DNA of 64,000 nucleotides from Callorhinchus milii (taxonomy: Eukaryota): assembly GCF_018977255.1 (NCBI RefSeq), contig NW_024704742.1, positions 121,212,001-121,276,000 on the forward strand, in the 5' to 3' direction. Of this stretch, positions 1 through 13,149 are shown piece by piece. A model generated the notes under the pieces. That model did no database searches, was not told where the DNA came from, and saw only the letters and a program-made list of their open reading frames with translations. How positions within the stretch are numbered: position 1 is the first letter of the stretch; each line of letters starts with the position of its first letter. Both the position numbers and the translations under genes were made by a program.

Positions 1-160
1 AATTCACGACTGTCTGTGGACCACTGCTGTGCGCAATTGGCTGCTGCGTTTCGCCCACAAATATACAGTCAATTCACTTTACAGCGTATTCTGTGAGGCG
101 CTTTGAGACATCTAGAAGACGTGAAAAGCGCTATATCAAATGCAATGATTATTATTATTA
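1..160 (+). mobile_element. Young tRNA-derived SINE, 3' half (cut by window edge)
   Basis: Matches the 3' half of the copy at 37747 (ctgctgtgcgcaattggctgc...caaatgcaa...(tta)n). Confidence 0.9.
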
Positions 161-384
161 CAAAATAATTTTATTCAGTTCTGAGGTGAACTTTTGAGAC
201 ATTCTATTGAAAAATAAAGTAATGAAGGCACTCACAGTTTCAGCACAATTTGAAGAAACATAGTTTGAAATCATTTCAATCATAAATCTTACTCCTCACA
301 TTTGTACATTACTGGCAGGGAAGATTTGATGAGCATGGGCACATACTCAATTGTTATTATTTGCCTCCCCTTTCATTAATTTTC

Positions 385-545
385 AACACTATTCAAAAAG
401 AGATAAGAGTTTATCCTTGTGTCCTGGCCAACAATCCTCTGAGTAAATTGATCATTTTCTTTGTGGACCCTGTTGTGCTACTATGTGCCTACAGAAAAAC
501 TACACAACAATAATTGCTGTAAACCATTTTGAGATTTTTTGACAT
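385..545 (+). mobile_element. Old Deu-domain SINE fragment
   Basis: cactattcaaaaagag...gtgtcctggccaacaatcc core, as in the copies at 3229 and 43386. Confidence 0.7.
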
Positions 546-559
546 GACACCCCCTTGGT

Positions 560-720
560 CCACACTCTCTCCTCTCCCACCGCCCTCATCTCCCATTACC
601 TCGTCTCCCCACCGCCCCTTGGCTCCCACCCCCAGCTCAGGTGCAAACCCTGGACTATTCCAGCACCTTGAGGCATTCTCCCAACATGAAAGGCATACAT
701 AAATGTAGATTTGTTGTTGC
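560..720 (+). mobile_element. L2 LINE 3' terminal fragment
   Basis: cagctcagg...gaaaggc...aaatgta...ttgttgttg tail shared with the other L2 copies. Confidence 0.75.
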
Positions 721-879
721 TGTGGATAAGGTGGGATAAATTCTATAAAATTATTTTTTATTTCGCTCTTCTGAAAACATTGCCCCTTTGTGTGGTACAG
801 ATCAAAAGGGAACAGAAACCCTCCACAATCTCACCCAGTACTCATTCGTCATTAGTGACACTAGACAGAATCAACAAGC

Positions 880-1143
880 TGATTGATTTTTGCACCATTG
901 AACTGAGGCCCATCCTGTCCTTTCCTAATATCTAAACTTTCCAGCAGTAGGGCAGGGGGTTAGCAGCTGACAGTGATCAGGAAGAAGAATGCTGGTTAAT
1001 TTTCTCTTCCCAAGCTAAGGGGTGCTGAGGCCAACTTTAGCACCTGCACTAAGGTCCTAGTTGAAATCAGATAATTCAGCACAGGTGCTGGGTCTATGTG
1101 AGTTAGTTTCACACCAGACACTGTTTGTTCTAACTGAGCCATT
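880..1143 (-). mobile_element. Ancient tRNA-derived SINE (AmnSINE2-like)
   Basis: Motifs gatcaggaa...ggttaattttctcttccc...gctgaggccaa...actgagcc recur in ~10 diverged copies in the window; family name from memory. Confidence 0.6.
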
Positions 1144-1468
1144 CTACATGATCTTAAATTTAGGAGAAACTTTAGCAGAAAATGGTTTTGTAGGCTGAGG
1201 TGAGATTCTCAAATCCCTGATGAATCCTTGAAATCTGCACCCCTTTATTAAATCTTGTGTTAAATCCACGTAATAGGATATGGTCTTCTTAAAATGGACT
1301 AAATTTGGATCGATAAATGCAATAACTTTCTGTGATACCGGTAGTAACATTTATCTAAATAGAGGCCAAATAGCAAGTCAGTGAATTGAAACTCACTCAG
1401 GATAAACCTAAAGTTAATTCAATGTTTTTTTTAATGAGTTTGAAAATTAGTTTTGCTCGTTGTTCTAG

Positions 1469-1519
1469 AATGAAACAGGGAATCATAGTGAGGGAGCCTT
1501 GGCGGAACTGCTGCAGCCG
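1469..1519 (+). CDS. Candidate 51-nt internal exon of an unidentified host gene (phase-0 reading NETGNHSEGALAELLQP; phase-2 reading MKQGIIVREPWRNCCS)
   Basis: Acceptor ttttgctcgttgttctag (AG 1467-1468); donor CCG|gtaagt (GT 1520-1521). Length is a multiple of 3, two frames are open, it is more GC/CpG-rich than its flanks and lies in a repeat-free stretch. Peptide not recognised. Confidence 0.45.
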
Positions 1520-2549
1520 GTAAGTAAGGCAGACAGTTACCCACCTCCTACTTCTGCAAACAACACTCTTTAGCCAGTCTCGAGGAAATATGCATATACT
1601 GAGACCTCTCTCACCATTCTTCTCTCCATAACAGGAGGAAACACCTGTCTTCCTCTGCCGCACTCTGCAATATCAAAAACATACTGGACAGCACTTGATT
1701 CAACCCTAAACTTTTTGTTGTTTTTTGTGGTTCTTATTACTTTAGTGACCATATTCCAAGGAATCAAAATTGCAGAACACTGAAATTCCATTCTGATTCA
1801 ATTAAACAAACCACATTTGGATCACTCGGATTCCAGTCTCAAATTTCCATCCATCCACTGGAGTAATGATTTGTTTGGAAGCAACTGTTTGCTACAGTGG
1901 ATTTATTTGATGCAGTGATTGCAATTTGCCTGCAGCTAGCTTTGGAATGTAATATATTTTATTAACCAAATGATTCAAGTTCAGTGAAATACAATAGATT
2001 ACGATTTTAAATGGTGCAGGGAGCTCAATTGATTAGAGTGCTTGACTCCCAATCTAATAGTCATGAGTTCAGAGACCCAGGCCTGGCAGTCAGCCCAGTG
2101 TGCTTGTCTGAACTCAGTGTGTTTGGTTGGTTCTCTGATGAGCTCTTAGATAACTAGCTAATTCTCTAGATTATTCTGGGGGCTAGGCAGTGTCACGACA
2201 CAAGGTCTTTGGGCTGTCATTTGCAATTGATTTGATGTAAAGACAATTAATTTCTGTAATTTTTAATATTGTGAAATATAGGTCAAGCAGTCTACAAATC
2301 CACAGAACATTATTCTTTGGGGGAACTAATAATTTCACAGTTATACTTTAATGTTGCTGCTGTCTGTAAAATGTTAATTTTTAAAGAATTGATTGATATA
2401 TCTCATTCCTTTATAATCATAGAATCTTAGAATTATACATTAGTCTTTTCGGTCTCCATTGCCTGTGCTGGCTCTGTGAAAGAGCTACATGGTTAGTCTC
2501 ATTTCTTGCCTTTTATTTTCAAATATTTGTCTCCTTTAACCAGTGCTTC

Positions 2550-2867
2550 AATAATCATAATAATAATCCTTGCATTTGATAAAGCGCTTTTCATGTCTTC
2601 TAGACGGCTCAAAGCGTTTCACAGAATATACTGTAAAGCAAATTGACTGTATATTTGTGGGCGAAACTCAGCAGCCAATTGCGCACAGCAGTGTCCCACA
2701 AACATTCGTGGATTGAAAATGACCAATTTATTATTGTTTTGTTTTGGAGGGATTATTATTAGGCGTGTGGAGTAAGGAAACTTGCCCAAGGTTTCGCGCT
2801 GCCTGGAATTGAACCCAGGTGTCTCGCTTGTAAGGCGAGTGCTCTAACCGCTGAGCTACAGGACTCC
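2550..2867 (-). mobile_element. Young tRNA-SINE, full-length short variant
   Basis: On the minus strand: GGAGTCC head, A box TAGCTCAGCGG, B box GGTTCAATTCC, Deu 3' part, L2-like tail with (TTA)n. Highly similar to 21187, 37747 and 55792. Confidence 0.92.
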
Positions 2868-3228
2868 ACAACCTTTGTTGGTAGGGCATTCCATGTCCCA
2901 GTAACACTGTAACACTTCTGTCACTATTGTCTAGCTTGCGATATTTATTTAGGTTTACAATGCTATTATTCATTTTGTGGAATCATTACATTTGATGCTT
3001 TAGAAACTTGACAATTATTTCCTTGGCTGCCCTGCAACCTCAGGGTCTCTTTTTTCTTACTATTAAACCTGAACAGTTGCCACCAAACAAACAAACAAAA
3101 TACTTTGTTTCTGAAATTGCAAGTTGTGTGGAGCAGCTCCTTTTTGTAATACTGTGGGTGTTCTCTCTCTTTTCTCTATACTTGTCTTGTCGGGGGCAAT
3201 CCATTTCATTCTCTCACCATATGTTTTG

Positions 3229-3710
3229 TGTGTCAACCTGGCTCAGTTGATAGTACTCTCACCTTTGAGTCAGAAGGTTGTGAATTCAAGCCTCACGTCA
3301 GCACTTGAACTCACATTGTCTCAGGTGACAATCCAATGCCGTGCTGGGTGGGGCTGTTGCATTGTCAGAGGTGCTGTCCTTCAGATGAGACAATAAACTA
3401 AGGTCCTGTTTAAGTGGACATTAAAGATCTCATGGCACTGTTTGATAAGAGAAGGGAGATTCTCCTGGTATCATGACCAACAGTCCCCGAATTGAAAATT
3501 GGTCACTCACTCCATGTCTGTTTGCAATGCTGTAAGAGAACAATAATAGACTAGTAACAATAGACATTGCTGCACATAATTGGGTGGCCGCATTCACCTA
3601 GAAATACAGCCAATCGATCCACTTTACAGTATATTCTGTGAAGCACTTTGGGACATCTGCCCAACATGAAAGGCACTATACCAAATGCTAATTATACCAA
3701 GTTATTATTG
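3229..3710 (+). mobile_element. Full-length old Deu-domain SINE (SacSINE1-like)
   Basis: tRNA head tggctcagttgatag/gaattcaagcc, Deu core cttcagatgagac...aaagatctcatggcactg, L2-type tail. Confidence 0.85.
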
Positions 3711-3789
3711 CATTCTCTAGTTGGTGCATGACAAAGCAAAGATTAACAAGATAGCAACTCAGCATATGGAAGCTCCTATACAGAATGCT

Positions 3790-3960
3790 GAACAAAACCA
3801 AACTGATTAATCCATTATTGCAAAATGAACTCTGAGTTATGTAATAAATGACTGGAACAAGTTGACAGGAAGTGTTGTTGAGGACAGGACACTAGATTAT
3901 TTAAGAAACAGCTTGATGCTGTGATGAGAGGATGGTAGAGTAGCATTTTCTCTCTTGATC
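3790..3960 (+). mobile_element. CR1 LINE 3' fragment
   Basis: gactggaaca...aggacactagatt...cagcttgatgctgtgatg, also present at the 3' end of the CR1 at ~37620-37700. Confidence 0.65.
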
Positions 3961-4024
3961 ACATCACATATTAGATTTTTTCACCCCCCATGTAATATTC
4001 ATAACTTGACTTCAATTCCATCCC

Positions 4025-4305
4025 TTTGGATGAAATATTAAACCAAGGTCCCGTCTGCCTGTTAAGATTGATGTTAAAGATCCCATGACACTATTTGAAA
4101 GAGAATATAGTTTCTCCCAGTGTCTTGGCCAACAATCTGCCAAATAAAATTGATCATTCACCTCATCGCTATTTGTGGGACATTGCTATGTGAAAATTGA
4201 TTGCCACATTTGCCTACAAAATACACAGTTATGATAATTTACAGCAAATCCTGCGAAGCGCTTGGAGACATGAACGGAGCAATATCAAATTCAAGGATTA
4301 TTGTA
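4025..4305 (+). mobile_element. Deu-domain SINE, 3' two-thirds
   Basis: ggatgaaatattaaaccaagg...aaagatcccatgacactatttg Deu core plus tail. Confidence 0.8.
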
Positions 4306-4384
4306 TATTACTATTAAATAATCCTGCCATGGCATGTAACTGGGAAGAGCTTGTAACATAATCTTGATTGTGGACTTGTTGTTT

Positions 4385-5490
4385 GTAAGCAGAGTGTGGA
4401 GGGTGGAAAGCAGAGAGGGTAGAAGGGTGGCTGAAGGCATGGTCGAAGAGGCAGGTCTTGATGTGTGCCTTGAAGGAGGCAAGGGAGGAAGCAAGGCAAA
4501 GGGAATGAGGGATGGAGTTCCAGAGGGTGGGTGCAGAGAGGCTGAAGCAGGGGACATGGAGCAGGCCAGAGCCTGAAGAGCGGAGGGAGCAGACAGGTTG
4601 GTAAGGGGTTAGCAAGCCGGAGAGGTAGGAGGGGGCAAGGCCATGGAGGGCCTTGAAAGTGAAAATGAGAATTTTTGAACTTGATCCTCTGAGGGATGGG
4701 GTGTAAGTGGAACTGGGCGAGGGTGGGTGTGATGTGGTCACAGAGTGGGAAAGGACACAAGCTGCAGAGTTCTGGATGATCTGCATCTTGTGGAGGGAAG
4801 AGTTGGGAAGGCCGACAAGCAGGTATTAGGCAAAGTCGAGCGTAGATGTAATGAATGCGTGTTTGAGGGTTTCAGCAGCCTGAGGGAGTGAGGCAGTGGC
4901 AGAGTCGGGCAATATTGTAGAGGATGGGGAAGGCAGAGTGGGTCATGGCACAGATGTGGGGAGAAAGGACAGTTGAGTGTTGAATAAGGCACCTAGGTTC
5001 CTCACTGGCTCGATGAGGTGGATTGTACATAGATGCTAATGCTGCCAGTGTCTGAGGTGCGGAGGTGCTGGCGTGAGCCAATCAGGAGAGCCTCGGTCTT
5101 GCTGATATTCAACTGTAGAAAGTTGGCTCTCATCCAGGACTCGATGTCTGACAGGCAGTCTGTCAGGACATCGGTGGTCCTGGAGTTTAGGGTGGAGGCA
5201 GAGAGATAGAGTTGTGTGTCACCTGCATACATGTGGAAGTTGACCCCATGTCTGTGGATGATGTCACCCAGAAGGAGCATATACAGGTTGAAGAGGAGAG
5301 GACCAAGGACAGAGCCCTGAGGAACACTGCACGAGGTGCTGTGGGGGCTGGAAGAGAAGCCGTTTGTGGAGATAAAGTGGAGCCGTTGTGAGAGATCGGA
5401 TCTGAACCATTCAAGGACAGAAGGTGGCTAAGGTGAGAGGAGAGGCAGTGGAGAGGGATAGAGTGGTACAGTGTCGAAGGCAGCAGAGTG
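4385..5490 (-). mobile_element. L2 LINE (subfamily A), 5'-truncated, frameshifted RT C-terminus
   Basis: ORF pieces [21 protein letters not shown] (degenerate YADD), [33 protein letters not shown]. Confidence 0.92.
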
Positions 5491-6659
5491 GTATATAATA
5501 ATAATCCTTACATTTGATGTAGGGCCTTATCACGTCTTCGAGACATCGAAACAATTCACTTTACAGAATATACTGTAAAGTGAATTGACTGTATATTTTT
5601 GTGGACGAAACGTGGCAGCCAATTGTGCTAGAGCAAGTTAATACAGTACTTCCTGTTACTCGAAGAAGTTCCCATGAGCACAATTCAAGATCCCTTTTTA
5701 AGGAATCCCATTACGAAATACTGCAAGTTAGACTCCACATAGCTGCAACGTTTTCTAATTTGATCATGTTCCTGAAATAGATGGACTTTCCCTGAAAAAT
5801 AAACAGTTTGATATGCAGAATGTTTCTCCAAAACTTTTCTGAGAATTTCAGGATTTGTTTAAAAAAACAAGAACATTTTGACCCAGTTCTGCCCCTTCAC
5901 ATGTGTGTCTGCTCCCACACTAGCTTCATGGAAGATTAGGAGTGTAGTGTTTCTGGCAGCTTGATCTAAGACTTCAGAGATTTTTTCTTTCATGACTGCA
6001 GTTTTAATTAAATACATTCTTATCTTTTTCTGGCTTGTTCTATCTGAACCAATAATTTTCTACTGACTGACTCACCTAGTCTCTCAAAAAATATAGATTT
6101 TTTTTAAAACAAATATATCCTATGTTGTCAAATTACAGCCGTACATTCTAACCTTATTCCTATAATAATGTATTTGATTTGGTGCCTTATCACATCATTG
6201 AGACATCTCATAGCACTTCACTGAATATACTGCAAAGTGAATTGACTAAATATTTTGTGGGCAGAAATTTTCTGCAGTAAATTAAACTTTTGCGTGAAAA
6301 ATCAGCATTTGCTTAAAAAACATTCTTTAAAAATATACAAATAGTATGTTCAGAGTCTTATAATTGCAATTGAGATTTTTGTGATGAGGAGGTTTGGGGC
6401 CAATGGAGTTTGTATTTGGTCCACTGCCTTTAGTCTTGCTGAAATTAATTTCTGGAATTTGGCAATTCTATTCTACAAGCCTCTATCTGTCATTTCTTTT
6501 ATCTCTCAGTACTTATTGTGTAGAGATTAAATGGGCATGGCAATGGTGCAGCACAATAATATCAGGCAGGCTGGTCAACCATCAACAATATCTTGGATTA
6601 CGGTGAACCTGTCTGCCTTTGCCAGACTTGTCTCCTCAGAATCAGTTCAGTCTCAGGGA

Positions 6660-7085
6660 AACCCTATTATCTCCCCCCTAGCAGGCAAAGTAAAACAATG
6701 TATTACTGTATCCTGTAATATACAGGCTCCTCTCTTCAAGGCTAAAGAACCTTAGCTTATCCAATCGTTCCTCAATGCACATCCCTCTAACAAGAGGTGA
6801 GCCAAGTATTGTTGCTCTCCTCTCCACTGCCACTAGGACCTTGATGTCCCCTTTATACCATGGCAATTAGAACTGAATGCAATACTCCACATGTGGCCTA
6901 ACCAAAGCATTGTACAGCTTGAGCTTAATTTATGTGGATCAGATCTTGACTGAGTTGGTTATGGATGGGCCAGAATCCTGTTTCCTTAGTTTGTTGCTGG
7001 CTCACACCATTTGGACATTGGAGTCAACTAACACCTCTAAGTCTCTTTTTCCTCCCATTAAAGGGTCTATCCCACCCACCGAGTA
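6660..7085 (-). mobile_element. CR1 LINE RT fragment
   Basis: Minus-strand pieces VERRAT...EERLDKLRFFSLEERSL; forward tactccacatgtggcctaaccaaagcattgtac reads YNALVRPHVEY on the minus strand. Confidence 0.8.
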
Positions 7086-8243
7086 CACATACTTTGTGCT
7101 TTTACTTTCTTTATTCAGTACCTGTTAATTTGGGTGTCAGCAGCACAAAATTGTCTATGAGGTAGTCAGGCAAGATTAATAGCCGTCACTTTAATTAGAA
7201 TATGTTCCATTCGCCCACAAAATATACAGTCACTACACCTTACAGTATATTCTGTGAAGCTCTTTGAGACATCGAGAAGATGTGATAAGGCACTATATCA
7301 AATGCAAGGATTAATATTATTCTACTTTTTCATTTTCTATCCACTCTGTTGGGTAAAACTAGTTTTTGTTAGCTGCAGTGCAGAATGGCTATTTACTGCA
7401 TTGTTTCATACTTCATATTTCTACCTTTCTCAAAAGAATATACTTTTTTCCCCCTAGCTGTCTCTCTTAGCAACAGCTTAGCAAAAAAAAACAACTGTTT
7501 TTGCGTGTGAGTCACACAACTAAAAAGTTTATTGACCTTATAAAAACACAGAAGGTGAAGCTGTGGAAAATGCTGATACAGACAACTGTAGACTTGGCTG
7601 AAGTAATTACATTCAAATGTATTATGTAAGGGTTAGAGAGTCTGTGCAGGCCATGTTATAGTAATATGTTAATAGGAAACACATTTGGTTATCTACTTTC
7701 TCTTTCCAAAGGAGTTCTTAAGCCAAATCCCATATCTTCAATTCAACTTTTGCTTGGTATTTTATTACTAAGAAAAGCTGCTTCTGAAAGATTTTTTAAA
7801 AAAAATGTTTTGTCTGGCTTATCTATGTCTTACATTACATGTCCTGTAAATAATTCCCACAACCTGCAGAGGAAAACCATATGTCTTGTCTGAAACATGA
7901 AATATCTCTCCTCGATTCTGCAGCATTTTTCCCATCTTTTTCCCCTTTCATCTTTCTTTGCTTTTTCTTATATGATTTTATATAGAATAATAAAATTGAC
8001 TGATTTCCCTTGAATGCAGTTCCTGTAAATGGAAGGATGGCTTATGCTGTGGTTGTGGTTGGAAGCAACAGAATGGGGCTGTGGCAAGAAATGATAAAAT
8101 CTTTTCCCATACCTATCTTCAGCCAACTTGTTTATTGCAGAATTTTATAGCTTAAATACCACATATGTTCTTGTTCACCAGTATATAAGTGTTTTGCTCT
8201 GGTGCAGTTTATGTAGAATAATGCATTTGTTCTGTTCCCTATA

Positions 8244-8572
8244 CGTATCATCTTGGCTCAGTTGATAGCACTCCTGCCTCTGAAGGTCAGAAGGTTTTGG
8301 GTTCAATCCCATGGTGGGACTTGAGCACGTGGGCTGGTAGGTAAACATTTGTTCAGCGTTAACGTGCAACACCTTTGGCATTGTGCAACCATAATAGAAA
8401 ATCCCATTAAAGGCTGGCATTGCGCACGATGCTCAATAGAATTTCTACCCTTAGGCAGGCAATCTGGGGGTAATGTTGCATTGCTGGAGGTATCATTTCC
8501 CTTATGAGACATTAAATTGAGGTCTCAGTTGCCTGCTCAGGTGGATGTTGAAGATTGCATGAAACCATCTGA
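8244..8572 (+). mobile_element. Deu-domain SINE 5' part with a ~120-bp unrelated insert
   Basis: tRNA head tggctcagttgatagc/gggttcaatccc; Deu core resumes at ~8465; the insert at ~8335-8455 ends aatttctaccc. Confidence 0.75.
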
Positions 8573-8576
8573 ATAG

Positions 8577-8882
8577 ATAATAGTAGTAGTAGTAGTAATA
8601 GTAGTGGTAATGGTAATAATAATAATCCTTGGATTTGATCTAGCACTTTTCATGTTTTCTAGACATCTCAAAGCGCTTGACAGAATATTTGTGGATGAAA
8701 CGCAGCAGCCAATTGCACATAGCAGTGTCCCACAAACAGTCATGGATTGAGTGACCAAATTATTTTTTTTAAGGATTACTATCCCCAGAAACGCAATCTG
8801 CTAATCGACTAACAACCAGGTTCCTACTTACTTACTTATTGCTAGATAAACAGAGGCGTGTGGAGTAAGGAAACTGGCCCAA
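8577..8882 (-). mobile_element. Young SINE, long (CORE-containing) variant, head missing, tail expanded into a (TAG/TAA)n tract
   Basis: Contains the segment ttgctagataaacagaggcgtgtggagtaaggaaac seen in the long copies at 34603 and 49883. Confidence 0.85.
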
Positions 8883-8889
8883 CATTTCT

Positions 8890-9753
8890 CCTCCCGCCCC
8901 CACCCGATCACCTGCGGGGTACTCCAGGGCTCCATCCTTGGCTCTCTTATTTTCCTTATCTATATGCTCCCTTTGGGCAATGTCATCTGCAGACACAAAG
9001 TAAATTTCCACATGTTTGCGGATGACGCACAAATAACTTTAACTCCTCCAGTACCAACTCCAAGTCGCCGATGTTCTATCAGCTTGTCTGGCAGACATCA
9101 GGGCCTGGATGAGTGTAAACTTCCTGCAGCTGAATGTGGACAAGACGGAAGCCATACTCCTTGGCTCCCATCAACATATTCACTTCAAGTGCGGATCTAA
9201 ACTCGTCAACCTAATTGGGCTCTCCCTTAGACTCACCAAGCCAGTGCACAATCTAAGCATCTGGTTCGAGTCCCAGCTGTCCTTCCTCCCCCACATTCAG
9301 TCCATGACCAGGACCGCCTTTCTCCACCTCCGTCACATTGCCCGCCTCTGATCGTACCTTACCCCAAATTCAGCCGAAACCCTTGTGTATGTGTTTGCCA
9401 CCTCCCGCTTGGATTACTCAAATGCACTCCTCACCAGTCTCCCCAGCTCCACTATTCAAAAGATCCAGCTCATTCAGAACTTTGCTGCACGAACCAAACT
9501 CCTTACCCACATCTCACCAGTTCTGGTCAGGCTCCACTGGTTCCCCATCACCGAACGGATCGACTTCAAGATCCTCACACTCATGTTTAAATCCCTTCAC
9601 TCTCTGGCACCTCCCCACCTCTCTGACCTCCTCACTCCCCAATTCGCCACCCGGCACCTCTGTTTGACTGGCACCGGCCTCCTGCTCGTCATTAAGTGCT
9701 CTGAGAAGCTACCCAGCGTGGAAGGCGCTATATAAGTGCCATTTGTTGTTGTT
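8890..9753 (+). mobile_element. L2 LINE, 5'-truncated
   Basis: MLPLGNVICRHKVNFHMFADDAQI, VFATSRLDYSNALL, LHWFPITERIDFKIL; ttgttgtt tail. Confidence 0.92.
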
Positions 9754-10404
9754 TCCACTAAACTTAACCGACGAATACTTGTGTGGTGCTTTAAAATATT
9801 TCAGCATAATAAAAATGCAAGTCCTTTCTTTCTCTATCGATGTCTATAACAAAGTATACTGTTATTACGTGCTTGCATTAGACATTACCTAGATGAATAA
9901 TGCAAGCCTCTTGTTATGATGTTAAGGCTGAAAACAAGTACTATTTGCTTTCAGTCCTTTCTTTTATTTCTCTCTTCTGTCCACAATTGCACTCTCTCCT
10001 CTTGTACTCTGCATTCCTGTTGTGATGGAGGAAATGATTTAAAGGTATTAATTTGAGATGAGAGAATTATCTCAGCTTTCCATATTCTTAAAGGTGCAAT
10101 CTACTCACTTGTGGACAAATAATCCAATGGAAAATTAAAGTTTACCAGCTGCCAATTATGGCTTGGTCAGTAGTGCTCAGAAATAAAACTTGTGCCAACT
10201 CTGCTATATGTGATTTGGCAGCAGTGTGAAACCGAAGTACTGACCTCCATTTTAGTTCTGGAGTAATGTTGACTGCAGCAACTGCATCAAATACGCCAAT
10301 GTTGATTTCTCTAGATAATGCAGGGTAGCATGCCGTGGGATTAATGTTTTATGTCTAAATGTTTTTAATCCAGGTTTATTTTTACTGTAGTAATTTGGTG
10401 AGTG

Positions 10405-10755
10405 GAACGTAGGAACAGACTCCTCAACCCATCAAACATGTTCTGTCAGTCTATTAGATCTTGAGGAATCTTTTAATCTATTTGCTGCCTTTTCTTGCTT
10501 AATATTTTACTTCCCAGGTATTTATCTACTGTATCCCTTCAAACATCCAACCAGTGGCCTTTGTGTGGCTCTCTAGGGCAGTGCGTTCCACAGCTCTCCA
10601 TGTGAAGATTTTTTTTCTCTTCTAATCATTCTAGCTCTAATTTTAAGATTATGTCCCCTCATTTTGGATCCTGTGTACCAGAGGGAAGAATTGTTCACTA
10701 TCTTGTGAATTCCCTTTATTATTTTAAAAATTTCAATCAGATTTAATTTAATTTT
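10405..10755 (-). mobile_element. CR1 LINE 3' end
   Basis: LIEIFKIIKG...RGHNLKIR...LWNALP plus CR1-type 3' UTR. Confidence 0.8.
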
Positions 10756-11134
10756 ATTTGATGTCATTGGTATATCTTAAGCCAACCTCTAAGATACATA
10801 AGTTCATTGTGCTGTTCAATTTAATGCAGATGTTTAATGTCTCATACAGTGGGTTGGATATTGTCTTATTCGAGGCAATTTATACCATCAACAAAATTGA
10901 TATTGACTTCTTAATGGAAACACTTACAGTCCAGGCTTTTTCTAATTGTTAATGGGCTTCCAGGCATTAAGATCCCTGAACATTGTGTTTCCTAGATGAG
11001 AGAGAGGAGTTGATGTTAATCAATACTGAAGTGAAGAAGTAATATCTGGAAGAGTGAAGGAGAAGTACAAGTTTCTAAACTCCATTATTACATTGCTGGA
11101 ATACAAAGAACTCTGACAGTTAAAGTTTATCCAG

Positions 11135-11810
11135 AAGCATAGAAACAAAGACATTTTCAGCACAGAAAGAGGCCAATCAGCTCTTTGTGCCTGTTTCACT
11201 GCTTCCTCTATTTTTAAGTCTCATTTTTAATTAAACCCACTTTCCAGCTCTTAGCTCTTGGATGGAAACTGATCATCAGATGATCAGAGAGACGATGAGA
11301 ACCACAGAAATTTACAGCACAGAAGAATGACGTTTGGGCCTGCTTTATCTATATCCCTCTGAAACATATTCCTTTTTTAAACAACGACAACAACAATTTG
11401 CACCTTTCACATCGGAAGGAAGTTCCAAGGTGCGAGACAGTCAGGGGTTTGTACCCGAGCTGGAGGTTGGAATCAGGAGGGATGGAGGTAGGTTTGGGTG
11501 GAGGGATGATCAAAGGCATTGTCAAAGGGGAAGGTCTTGACACAAGGCAAGGGAGGGATTCAGGGATGGAGTTCCAAGGATGGGGTCAGAAAGGCTGAAG
11601 TTCTGACCGTCAATGGTGGAGCAGATAGAGTGAGGGACAAGGAGCAGACCAGGCCTGCAAGTGAAGGGAACTCTATTTTTATTTGTTAGTTATCTATCTA
11701 GCTCCCTCTTAAAATTTAATATGGATTCTGTCTTCACCACCACACCCAGCAAGGCATCTCACATCCTAACAACTCTCTGGGTAAAACAATCTTCGTAACT
11801 TCTCCATTAT
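11135..11810 (-). mobile_element. Degenerate CR1 3' UTR pieces interrupted by an L2 3' end
   Basis: cagcacagaaagaggcc-type CR1 termini at ~11160 and ~11315, continuing at 11690-11810. Confidence 0.6.
11385..11665 (-). mobile_element. L2 LINE 3' end
   Basis: (CAA)n tail, cctttcacatcggaagg, gggatggagttcca. Confidence 0.8.
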
Positions 11811-12256
11811 TTTAAATAAAAATTGCCCAAACAGCAACATGAACCTTGTATCCTCAGATTACACGTCCTGATGCTGTACCAACTATACAGACTCTCTTAA
11901 GATAAAGCTCAAATGAACATCACATGCATTACATGTATTGGGTAGATTTTATCTTCCAGCAGGTAGGTGGTATTGAAGGTCTCTGGTGAAGTTTCTGGTG
12001 AAACATTATCACTGCCTTCAAAATGATGTTGAAACATTGGTGAGGATACAGGGCATGAGAGCTCTGAGCTATGAGGTGAGGATTACAAAACTGAATTTGT
12101 TAATGTTAATTGTTGAGGGAGGGCATCTGTAAGATGAGAGGAATAGATGTTGTAGATGGTAAGTAGGTTATTTGACTTAGTTCATGAGGGCCTGACTGTA
12201 AGGGGGGTGGAGGGTGGGGTAGAACTGCTTACAACAGCAATTAATGCTCTACTGTT

Positions 12257-12643
12257 TACAACAACAAAATTACATTTGTATAGCACCTTTCACATTGGGA
12301 GGACATCCCAAGGCGCTGGACAGTCAGTATTTTGGACCCGAGCTGGAGGTCGGGATCAGGGAGGGTGGAGGGAAGGTGGGGAAGGAGGATGATCGAAGGC
12401 ACCGTTGAAGAGGAGGGTCTTGAGACAGGTCTTGAAACAGGCAAGGGAAGGTGCAAGGCGGAGGGATTGTGGGATGGAGTTCCAGAGGGTGAGGACAGAG
12501 TGGCTGAAGGCCCGCCCACCTATGGTGAGGCGGGCGAGGTAGGGGACGTGAAGCAGGCCAGAGCCCACTGAGCGGAGGGAGCGGGCAGGTTGGTAGGGGG
12601 TTAGGAGGTTGCAGAGGTAAGGGGATAGGAGGTTGCAGAGGTA
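12257..12643 (-). mobile_element. L2 LINE 3' end (subfamily A)
   Basis: GSGLLHVP...IGGRAFSHSVLTLWNSIP...FKTCLKTLLF; (CAA)n tail; short tandem duplication at its 5' end. Confidence 0.92.
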
Positions 12644-12911
12644 GAAAGTTTTTTAAACCAGTCATTAAGGCCATTGGTTTGAAGTCAGTTTTAATACATG
12701 GGGAGGGTGTGTGGGGTGGGGGGGGGGCGGTGACTTTGGCAATTAGAGCTATGTTTGTAGTCTTTCAAATGTTAAGAGTTCATCATTGGGGCATTGGGAT
12801 AGGTGCTGATTAAAATGAAGAAATTCTGTGATTTGTGTGTTGCTTGGGGCAATTAGGAAAGGGAAAGAGATTAGGGAGTGTTGTCTGTGGAGAGACAGGT
12901 AGTGTGATCTA

Positions 12912-13085
12912 GTAATAATCCTTGCATTTGTTATAGAGCCTTATCACATCATTGAGACTTCTCAAAGTGCTTCACAGAATATGCAATGAAGTGAATTGAT
13001 TGTGTATTGTGAGCAAAATGCGTCAGCCAATTGGGCACAGCAGTATCCCACAAACAGTCGAGATTAAATTACCAAAATTTGTTTT
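12912..13085 (-). mobile_element. Young SINE 3' half
   Basis: taataatccttgcattt...cagccaattgggcacagc. Confidence 0.8.
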
Positions 13086-13149
13086 AGACATCGTTTAAGA
13101 TGACACTCCAATGCACATATTTAAGGATGAATATTATGGAGTTTGTGTG

